The notes beneath the pieces were generated by a model that saw only the letters and a list, made by a program, of their open reading frames with translations, was not told the origin of the DNA and did no database searches. A stretch of 48,966 bases of DNA, from the IMG/VR virus record IMGVR_UViG_3300013947_000058, positions 1-48,966 of that record; one strand, given 5' to 3'. Of the stretch, positions 26,951-33,572 are shown one piece after another. Position 1 is the stretch's first letter. Each line of letters begins with the position of its first letter. Origin of the DNA: a virus. A program made the translations under genes and the position numbers.

Positions 26951-27334
26951 TTATTTCTCCAGTCGCTTTCTAAGCATCTCTTTGTAATAATTCATCTTTA
27001 TATTTATTTTTTCTTCAAGACGTCTTTGAAAGCCTGCAGCACTGCATCTACTACAATGCGTATCTTCATTAATAAAGAAACTATGATGCATTTCTTTACA
27101 GCATTGACAATGTTGAGACATCACGTCTTTCTCTCCATCTTGAACTGCGAACAAATGTATTGTAATAGTTGGACATTCGATTTTGTTCTCTTTAACAAAT
27201 TGTACTTGAACATTTTCAAATTCAGCTTTGCTTAATACGTTTGTCGAATACCATTTTACAGCTGACATATATGCCGATTTCATTGTATTGGCTGTAAATG
27301 ATTTTTTGCAAAATTCTCTTGAGTACTTAATCAT
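26951..27334 (-). CDS. Cys-rich hypothetical protein
   Basis: CQCCKEMHH...HCSRCS motifs. Start is coupled to the upstream stop. Confidence 0.5.
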   Translation of the reverse strand: MIKYSREFCKKSFTANTMKSAYMSAVKWYSTNVLSKAEFENVQVQFVKENKIECPTITIHLFAVQDGEKDVMSQHCQCCKEMHHSFFINEDTHCSRCSAAGFQRRLEEKINIKMNYYKEMLRKRLEK

Positions 27335-27804
27335 CAGCTAACACCTTCTTTTGCTTTAAACGATTCTTCTTTCGCGAGCTTATCAACAAGCTCATTAAAA
27401 GTATTTCCTGCGTGACCTTTAATTTTAATGATTTGTATGTAAATTCCAAGAGATTCTACTTTATTCTTTAGATATGCGAATTCTTCCCATAGATCTCTAT
27501 TCTTTACATCATCATTTTTAGTTGTCTTCCAATTATTTTGTTGCCACTTGTCAATCCATCCATTATTGATTGAGTTAACAACATAAGCACTATCTGAATA
27601 CAACTCATATTCTGCATTTTTATTTTTAATTAGCACTCTCTTAAATGCTTCAATGACAGCTTTAAGCTCCATACGATTATTTGTTGTTGTCTTTTCGTTT
27701 CCACTAATCGTTGAACACTTGTTTGCTGTATTAAAAACTGCAGCCCATCCACCTGGACCAGGATTCTCTAAGCAAGCACCATCAGTGAATATTCTTACTT
27801 TCAA
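27334..27804 (-). CDS. rnhA: Ribonuclease HI
   Basis: IFTDGACLENPGPGGWAAV, TNNRMELKAVIEAF, YSDSAYVVN and KGHAGNTFNELVDKLA match the DEDD RNase H pattern. TTG start at 27804 with AAGGAGG 8 nt upstream. Confidence 0.9.
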   Translation of the reverse strand: MKVRIFTDGACLENPGPGGWAAVFNTANKCSTISGNEKTTTNNRMELKAVIEAFKRVLIKNKNAEYELYSDSAYVVNSINNGWIDKWQQNNWKTTKNDDVKNRDLWEEFAYLKNKVESLGIYIQIIKIKGHAGNTFNELVDKLAKEESFKAKEGVS

Positions 27805-27817
27805 TGACTTTTCCTCC

Positions 27818-28258
27818 TTAACTCCAATCTTCATTAGCTTTGGCTAATTTAGCATCAGCTTTCTTTGCAAGCCTCTCTCTTTGCTTTTCTTCTTTTGTCA
27901 TTGTTTTTACAGGTATATTTCCTGACTTTATATCTGCATACATTTTAATTGCTAACTTAGCAAATACTTCATATAAGCACATCCCATATACTGTTCCTAA
28001 CCACTTATGGTCTGTTGTTGTTTTTACACTAATTGAATAAATACCAAGAACAGGCTCAAAATATGACATGCTCATCCATTGTGGCGTAATTTCATATTTT
28101 TGAACCATTACACGAACAAGCTTTTCAATTGCTTCAATAGGAACATTAATCTCATCTGAGTATTTAGAAAGTGGCTTGATTTTTCTCAACACCTTCTGAA
28201 TTATTTCTCTATTTTCTTCTTTTCTGTAGTCCAAATTTAAAATTTGTTCTGTTTTCAT
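27818..28258 (-). CDS. Hypothetical protein
   Basis: AAGGAGG RBS. 146 aa, no recognisable motif. Confidence 0.5.
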   Translation of the reverse strand: MKTEQILNLDYRKEENREIIQKVLRKIKPLSKYSDEINVPIEAIEKLVRVMVQKYEITPQWMSMSYFEPVLGIYSISVKTTTDHKWLGTVYGMCLYEVFAKLAIKMYADIKSGNIPVKTMTKEEKQRERLAKKADAKLAKANEDWS

Positions 28259-28277
28259 GATACAGCTTGTACCTCCT

Positions 28278-28324
28278 TAAAACAAATATAAGCTGGATAT
28301 ATGTAAGTAACATATATCCAGCTT
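28278..28324 (-). terminator. Rho-independent terminator
   Basis: Perfect 15-bp stem AAGCTGGATATATGT/ACATATATCCAGCTT with a 5-nt loop, followed on the minus strand by atatttgtttt. Confidence 0.8.
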
Positions 28325-28364
28325 ACAGTTTCTTATTGAGCCGGATTCATAAGTTAACTAAGCA

Positions 28365-29120
28365 TTAGATATCCCAGTCATCATCGTCATCATCAGACTC
28401 AGCTTCTGTCTTCTTTGCAGCCTTAGCTTTACCAGTCTTAGCAGTTGCTTTCTTTGCAGTCTTCTTAGGAGCTTCAACATCTTCATCATCGCCCCAATCA
28501 TCATCGTCAGCTTCAGCTTCTGTAGTCTTGACTTTTGCAGCATCATTCTTAATGAGTAAATCAGCATAGAACTTAGCAGGCTTCTTAGGAGCTGCTTTAA
28601 TCTTACGAGCTTTGCACTCTTTGAAGAGTTCCATAGCGGTCTTACCTTCATAAGGATTAGCCTCAGTAGCATCTTCCTCTTCCTTGGCTTCTGCATCTTC
28701 GCCAAATGCTTTCTTGCAAGCTTCAATTAAGTCAGCCTTTTTAGTAGACTTAGCAAGCTTTCTCTTACCAGCCTTACCAAGAATTTCCCAAAGCTGCTTA
28801 GCGCTCATAGATTCATTCCACTGAGCAGTAGCTTCATCTTCAGCTGCGTCCTCTGTAGCAGCTTCAGCTTCGTCTGCATCCTCATCATCAGATGCAGTTT
28901 CAGTAATGCTTGCTTTAATTGCTGTGTTTACTTTGTTTGCCGTAAGATAATCAGGCATATAGCTCATAAGGTCAACAAAATCCTTACCAGCTTTTGCTAC
29001 AACAACTGCAACCTTAGTCGCAAGAACAGGATAACGTCTACCGATATCTGTAATTGCCTCTAAGTCAGTACCATCTGCGATAATCTTAACTGCTTCGTTA
29101 AAAGTGTAATTTTTTGCCAT
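28365..29120 (-). CDS. Acidic/lysine-rich protein with two SAP/Rho_N-like modules
   Basis: MSAKQLWEILGKAGKRKLAKSTKKADLIEACKKAF and TAMELFKECKARKIKAAPKKPAKFYADLL. C-terminus DDDDDDWDI. Driven by P6. Confidence 0.55.
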   Translation of the reverse strand: MAKNYTFNEAVKIIADGTDLEAITDIGRRYPVLATKVAVVVAKAGKDFVDLMSYMPDYLTANKVNTAIKASITETASDDEDADEAEAATEDAAEDEATAQWNESMSAKQLWEILGKAGKRKLAKSTKKADLIEACKKAFGEDAEAKEEEDATEANPYEGKTAMELFKECKARKIKAAPKKPAKFYADLLIKNDAAKVKTTEAEADDDDWGDDEDVEAPKKTAKKATAKTGKAKAAKKTEAESDDDDDDWDI

Positions 29121-29265
29121 TTTAATTTTCTCCTTTTCGTATTTTGATTTCGTATTTTGATTTTTGATTGATTTTCCTAAACTTAGGACTTTTATATGAT
29201 TGAGGTGTTCCTCATAATCATTTAATATTCAGTTTGGAAGATATTTCCTCCTTAACTGTAATTAT

Positions 29266-29294
29266 ATTATACCACGTTATTTGCCATTTGTACA
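29266..29294 (-). promoter_or_regulatory. Promoter P6 (TGTACA -35, 17 nt, TGGTATAAT)
   Basis: Minus strand reads tttttgaaaaacttttaaaaaaacctaTGTACAaatggcaaataacgTGGTATAATataat. Confidence 0.8.
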
Positions 29295-29348
29295 TAGGTT
29301 TTTTTAAAAGTTTTTCAAAAATTTTGAACTTTTATTTCATTTATTCAT

Positions 29349-29618
29349 CTATTCATCCCATGCATCTGAATCTTTGGAATTTTCCTCAGAAATTTTGATT
29401 GCAAAATTAACTGCATCTCTAAGATTATACAGTCCATGAATATCTTCAACATGAAATGCACCCTTCATAAATACCGAAGTAGTTTTGTCATTTTCTTTGG
29501 CTTCAAGCTGCTGAGCAATTGTGAATCCTCCTTTAGAACAAGTAGAGATAACAATGTTCCTTGAGTTTGTTACTTTTGCTCTAGATAGCTCATGATATTC
29601 AATCTTACTCTTCGCCAT
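29349..29618 (-). CDS. Small protein, possibly PC4/YdbC-like ssDNA-binding
   Basis: GGAGG RBS before ATG 29618. The pattern ISTCSKGGFTIAQQ...FMKGAFHV weakly resembles PC4-like folds. Acidic tail DSDAWDE. Confidence 0.3.
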   Translation of the reverse strand: MAKSKIEYHELSRAKVTNSRNIVISTCSKGGFTIAQQLEAKENDKTTSVFMKGAFHVEDIHGLYNLRDAVNFAIKISEENSKDSDAWDE

Positions 29619-29988
29619 CTTCAATATCCTCCATTTCGTCTATCTCAATATCTGCTTCCATGAGAACAATAAATTCTTTATTCTCATCAGAGTTCAAAGG
29701 AAGCAAATTAAGATTGTCCATTTCAATATAATCGTTAAGTCCATTAAGCTTGATTATAGACTCACCATCACCATCAATGACAATCTGCTTTATCCTGAAG
29801 AATCCAAGCTTCATAGGACTACCACCAGGAATTTTAGCTTTAATACTTACATCATTATTAAGCATCTGCATAAGCTGAATTGTATTTGCAAGCTCAGAAT
29901 ATTGAGCTTTAAGTGTAAAGTTAACTGAGCCATTAGCTGATAAGCTATGGCCACTATATTTCACGACCTCTTTAACCTTTACTTTCAT
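29605..29988 (-). CDS. Hypothetical protein
   Basis: Start coupled to the upstream stop. 127 aa with an acidic C-terminus. Confidence 0.5.
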   Translation of the reverse strand: MKVKVKEVVKYSGHSLSANGSVNFTLKAQYSELANTIQLMQMLNNDVSIKAKIPGGSPMKLGFFRIKQIVIDGDGESIIKLNGLNDYIEMDNLNLLPLNSDENKEFIVLMEADIEIDEMEDIEDGEE

Positions 29989-30467
29989 GTCGCTGACCTC
30001 TTTTCTTTTTTAAATCGTTTCTCATTTTCTTCATTAAATTGTTTACGTGCTCTTGAGCTTGATTTGATAGTCTTACCACCAATAGTAGTCATATCTTCAT
30101 GCTCACTTAAATCAACACCTAAAAATGCATTTGCATCGGTGTATTCTCCTGTTTTAATATATTGAGCTGCTTCACAAAGCATATCAGGTTTAACCAACAA
30201 ATAAACCTCATTTGATTGCAGAAATTGAATCGCAAACACAGGTAGTTTGTGAGCAACAGCTGCATTATAACTCAATGTATCTAAATCTTTCTTATGTATT
30301 CTAATACTCTCTGCGTCAGTTGATTTTAACTGACAAATAACTTCTTCTGATTGACCATCTTCCTTTTCAACCCAACCGGAACCTGAATTCTTTGTAGGCT
30401 TTAATCCAAGGGATTCCATCACTTCTGCTTCGTTCTTTCTGTAGAACTTTCCTGACCTTTTCATCAT
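29985..30467 (-). CDS. PD-(D/E)XK-type nuclease / Holliday-junction-resolvase-like protein (putative)
   Basis: NSGSGWVEKEDG...VICQLKSTD resembles the D...E-x-K nuclease core of small phage resolvases. Confidence 0.35.
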   Translation of the reverse strand: MMKRSGKFYRKNEAEVMESLGLKPTKNSGSGWVEKEDGQSEEVICQLKSTDAESIRIHKKDLDTLSYNAAVAHKLPVFAIQFLQSNEVYLLVKPDMLCEAAQYIKTGEYTDANAFLGVDLSEHEDMTTIGGKTIKSSSRARKQFNEENEKRFKKEKRSAT

Positions 30468-30469
30468 AC

Positions 30470-30808
30470 TTACATTCCCTTTAATACATCACCAAGCATA
30501 AAATCATATTCAGACTTGATTTGTATTTCTTCCTTAAGATATAGCTGAAAGTATTTAAGACCAGTCGCTGCAATTAACTCAAGCGGTAGATTTGACTTTG
30601 GCATAATATATCCAAACGTATATACTTGACTGTCAGCATCTCGTGTTCTATCTAACACAATACGCATTTGCCACTCATTCTCTTCTTGACCTCTTGTAAA
30701 GTTTGCTTTAAGCTTTGGCTTACCTTTATCGTCTTTCAGAATATAACTAAACTCTGAGCAAATCTTACCACTGTAAACTCGATTATCTAAATCCTTTAAT
30801 GTTAGCAT
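30470..30808 (-). CDS. Hypothetical protein
   Basis: 112 aa, tightly packed between its neighbours. Confidence 0.5.
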   Translation of the reverse strand: MLTLKDLDNRVYSGKICSEFSYILKDDKGKPKLKANFTRGQEENEWQMRIVLDRTRDADSQVYTFGYIMPKSNLPLELIAATGLKYFQLYLKEEIQIKSEYDFMLGDVLKGM

Positions 30809-31168
30809 TTATTGCCCTCCTTCTTTATTTTCTGCGGTCGAATCCTTCCATTGCTTATATACATGAGAAGCTATATTTGTTAGATAGTCTTTATCATACT
30901 TTGTTAATCTTGATGGAATATCAAATCCTGTATTTCCATCAAAATCATACATTGCATAATAATATGTTGAGCGTCTAAACTCTGCTGGGTCGCATGTTCT
31001 TTGTAACTCAACCAATTGATGAGATATACTATCATAGTATTGGTCAGATACGCAGCTCTCATTTTGCTCGTAATACATTATACTGTATACGATTATACGC
31101 CTTTGCAAATAGCTAATCTTAGCTGAATCAGACCAGTAGATGCAAGGCATCTTACTGAAGTCTATCAT
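30809..31168 (-). CDS. Hypothetical protein resembling domain Ia of NAD-dependent DNA ligase
   Basis: ISYLQRRIIVYSIMYYEQNESCVSDQYYDSISHQLVELQ matches the YY...SD..YD...L..L pattern of the LigA N-terminal domain. Confidence 0.3.
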   Translation of the reverse strand: MIDFSKMPCIYWSDSAKISYLQRRIIVYSIMYYEQNESCVSDQYYDSISHQLVELQRTCDPAEFRRSTYYYAMYDFDGNTGFDIPSRLTKYDKDYLTNIASHVYKQWKDSTAENKEGGQ

Positions 31169-31434
31169 TTATTATATTCACCTCCGGAACGTAATCCTGT
31201 TTTACTTTTGCGTTCACGAATAATTATCATTTCTTTTTGAGATTTTACTCTGCCATTCTTTATGCATTCTGCACTTAAGCACTTATTAAATAGCTTTTCA
31301 TTGCAAGCATCACATATTGTAAAAATACTGCCACCGATGCATAAATCAAACATATTTAAAACTTGGTCTTGACGCTCACCACACTCACAGCATATAGCAT
31401 CTGATTTTGTATTGTTTCGCATTTTAATAGCCAT
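31165..31434 (-). CDS. Zinc-ribbon protein
   Basis: CCECGER...CDACNEKL motifs. 89 aa. Confidence 0.5.
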   Translation of the reverse strand: MAIKMRNNTKSDAICCECGERQDQVLNMFDLCIGGSIFTICDACNEKLFNKCLSAECIKNGRVKSQKEMIIIRERKSKTGLRSGGEYNK

Positions 31435-31685
31435 TTGTTTTTAACCACTCTTTCATATCATAATCATACCAATCAAGAAAAACTCCTTCACCTTTAAGCA
31501 TGATAGATTGAACTTTCTTAGCAATTTTCTCGCCGATAGACTTATCAATTCCCTTCCATACAACAAAATGCTTTTTCTTAATTTGAACCCTTACTATATA
31601 CCGATGGTCTCTATTGGTCTCTATCAATATTTAAGTATTTAACACCCGTTGTACTTCTTGAATTTGGAGTTGTTCCTTTAATCAT
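31424..31685 (-). pseudogene. AP2-like DNA-binding domain ORF interrupted by a 10-bp tandem duplication
   Basis: ATG 31685 encodes MIKGTTPNSRSTTGVKYLNIDRDQ then stops. Removing one copy of atagagacca joins it in frame to HRYIVRVQIKKKHFVVWKG... (track ORF 31424..31627), giving 83 aa in total. Confidence 0.55.
31605..31624. repeat. Perfect 10-bp tandem duplication (tggtctctat x2)
   Basis: Each unit contains CTCTAT. Confidence 0.9.
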
Positions 31686-31899
31686 TATGACGTTTCCTTC
31701 CCCTTTCACAACCGCAGCTATGAACATGCTCACTTACTAATTGTCCTCTTCTCATTATCTTATCTGTTCCACAATCACAATGAACTCTATAGTAATGACG
31801 CATTTTGTCACCGCCAAGAGTCTTTTCATAATTGTGTCCTGCGTAGCTCATGACTTCAAGCTTACCTAAGCGTTTACCGATAATATCATTGACATTTAT
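31678..31899 (-). CDS. Zinc-finger protein of the GKxxGxLxV...CxCxCG...SCGC phage family, lacking a canonical start codon
   Basis: Frame encodes (I)NVNDIIGKRLGKLEVMSYAG...RVHCDCGTDKIMRRGQLVSEHVHSCGCERG. The only in-frame ATG (31851) lies inside the conserved N-terminal motif. The best-placed start position is an ATA (31899) after AAAGGAAAAG. Confidence 0.45.
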   Translation of the reverse strand: MNVNDIIGKRLGKLEVMSYAGHNYEKTLGGDKMRHYYRVHCDCGTDKIMRRGQLVSEHVHSCGCERGRKRHND

Positions 31900-32175
31900 C
31901 TGTACTTTTCCTTTTGTTGCTTTTTGTTGCTTTTGACATATTTATTCCTTCTTTCTCTAAATGCTTTTGTAAAATTTCAGCAAAATTATTTAAGCATTTC
32001 GTACACAAATAAATTTTTGTAGCATAATTATTTCTGCCAAAACTAAGTTTATGCATTTCACGTATTTCATTATTTTCGTTTAAATTATTTTCACCACATA
32101 CATTGCAAAATCCAAACTTATTAAATTTTTCAATTTTTAATATCTTTTTTTTAATATCTTTGTATTTGTATTCAT
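31886..32175 (-). CDS. Zinc-ribbon protein readable only with a -1 shift at an A8 run
   Basis: ATG 32175 with TAGGAGG RBS encodes MNTNTKILKK then stops. The -1 frame from the run at 32145-32152 continues KILKIEKFNKFGFCNVCGENN...YLCTKCLNNFAEIL... for 86 aa and has no start of its own. Confidence 0.45.
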
Positions 32176-32216
32176 GCTTATTCCTCCTAAGTATTTATTA
32201 TCCTCTCCTAAGGTCT

Positions 32217-32297
32217 CCAGATTAATCAGAATTAACTTTATTTAATAATTATATAAATATATAGATTATATATTAAAATTTATTCTGATTAATCTGG
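32217..32297. repeat. Intergenic AT-rich element E3 with a perfect 16-bp terminal inverted repeat
   Basis: CCAGATTAATCAGAAT (32217-32232) and ATTCTGATTAATCTGG (32282-32297) flank a 49-bp AT-rich core. Confidence 0.8.
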
Positions 32298-32319
32298 TAA
32301 TCAACCTAATAAACCATCA

Positions 32320-32336
32320 GGCCGCATTAAGCGGCC
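32320..32336 (-). terminator. GC hairpin overlapping the stop codon of the AAA+ gene (possible terminator)
   Basis: GGCCGC attaa GCGGCC. The downstream U-tract is weak (tgatggtttatt). Confidence 0.4.
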
Positions 32337-33418
32337 ATCTGAATTTTTCTTAATGCGATATGATACTTGGTACTTCCATTAGGATTAAATGTATTGATTG
32401 TATCTTTGTCTAAACCTTTAACAATGCTAATCTTCATTGCCATCTCTAAGTTCATACCTTTTGCTTCAAGTTTGGTAATCATTGTTATGCATCTATAGGA
32501 GAATGTAGCTCTAATTCCTTTTGATTCAGCTTCTTTTCTCATTTGATGAATAAATTCAACCAATTCTGAATTATTATGAGTAAGTGCCATTTCAATCTTC
32601 AAACAATAATCAAACTCAATGATTGCAAATCTATCAAGTGTTGCTTGGTCCAAAACCATGCGTCCTGTATACATATCATCTGCACCACTTCCTACTGTAT
32701 TACCAGCAGCTACAAAATGCACATGGTCAAAATCAACTCGACCATTAGGAAATTCAAAGTAACCATTAGCAATTGCTGCATTAAGAAGAACCAGAACTTC
32801 AGGAATTGAAGCATCCATTTCATCAAGAAAGAAAATGCATTCATTTTCATCTGTACAAGCTTTGTAGAATTCTGTTTCGTGGAAGTCACCACCTGCATCA
32901 ATGAATCCTGTAAGTTTATATTCTTGTTGGATTGAATTACTGAAGTAAAAATTCCACCCAAGCTCTTTTGCAATCTGCTCAACTGTGTGATTTTTACCAG
33001 AACCAGCAGGACCTGCAAGATAAACTGGAATGTTACATTCCAAACAACACTTAATTTCATCGTATCTGTCATGATGAACTTCATCATTTTCTTCAACTCG
33101 AGGAATAATAGTTGGCATTTTAATTCCTTTTCCTTCAAGTTTATTTTTAATTTTTGATGACGTGGTACCTACTTGCTTAGCTGTTGACATTTTCTTAATG
33201 CCCTTGGTTTCGTATTCACGTTCAACCTTTTCTACCTGATAGTTTGCATCGAAGTAAATTCTGCAACCATCAATCACTGTTGTGTTGTTGTATGCTTTAC
33301 GCACATAAGTGAACTCTTTACTTGAACCTTCAAACTTAAGTGTAACAACTACACAGCCATGTTTCATTGCTTTTTCAATTTTGATAACTTCGAAATTTAC
33401 GTTTGTCATGTTTGTCAT
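32327..33418 (-). CDS. AAA+ ATPase (MoxR / AAA_5-like)
   Basis: Walker A VYLAGPAGSGKNHT. Walker B IFFLDEMDASIPEVLVLLNAAI. Driven by P7. Confidence 0.7.
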   Translation of the reverse strand: MTNMTNVNFEVIKIEKAMKHGCVVVTLKFEGSSKEFTYVRKAYNNTTVIDGCRIYFDANYQVEKVEREYETKGIKKMSTAKQVGTTSSKIKNKLEGKGIKMPTIIPRVEENDEVHHDRYDEIKCCLECNIPVYLAGPAGSGKNHTVEQIAKELGWNFYFSNSIQQEYKLTGFIDAGGDFHETEFYKACTDENECIFFLDEMDASIPEVLVLLNAAIANGYFEFPNGRVDFDHVHFVAAGNTVGSGADDMYTGRMVLDQATLDRFAIIEFDYCLKIEMALTHNNSELVEFIHQMRKEAESKGIRATFSYRCITMITKLEAKGMNLEMAMKISIVKGLDKDTINTFNPNGSTKYHIALRKIQMAA

Positions 33419-33486
33419 AATGTTTTTCTCCTTTTCAACTGAAAACTTTGTGATTTGTTCGTAGGCTTTATGTACCTTACGATATT

Positions 33487-33515
33487 ATAATACCATATAA
33501 GCTGGAGTTTGTACA
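33487..33515 (-). promoter_or_regulatory. Promoter P7 (TGTACA -35, 17 nt, TGGTATTAT)
   Basis: Minus strand reads tttttgaaaaattttcgtaaaaaggGTGTACAaactccagcttataTGGTATTATaatatc. Confidence 0.75.
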
Positions 33516-33529
33516 CCCTTTTTACGAAA

Positions 33530-33565
33530 ATTTTTCAAAAACTTCAAGGGAGGTTTTAGCCTCCC
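33530..33565 (-). terminator. Rho-independent terminator
   Basis: Minus strand reads GGGAGGctaaaaCCTCCCttgaagtttttg, directly after the stop at 33573. Confidence 0.6.
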
Positions 33566-33572
33566 AATCAGT

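Noticed and set aside
28358-28726. Alternative-frame minus-strand ORFs nested inside genes, for example 28358..28726, 12774..13028, 8977..9192, 11383..11766, 12022..12318 and 32710..33138.
   Set aside because: They overlap longer ORFs that have clear motifs, RBSs and sensible composition. Their own translations are Leu/Lys/Arg-rich low-complexity strings.
24723-32175. Stop-codon reassignment (TAG or TGA read as sense) as an explanation for the interrupted small ORFs.
   Set aside because: TAA, TAG and TGA all terminate well-supported genes (Dit ends in TAG, the gene upstream of the primase ends in TGA). Each interruption is explained by a frame change (duplication or homopolymer), not by an in-frame stop alone.
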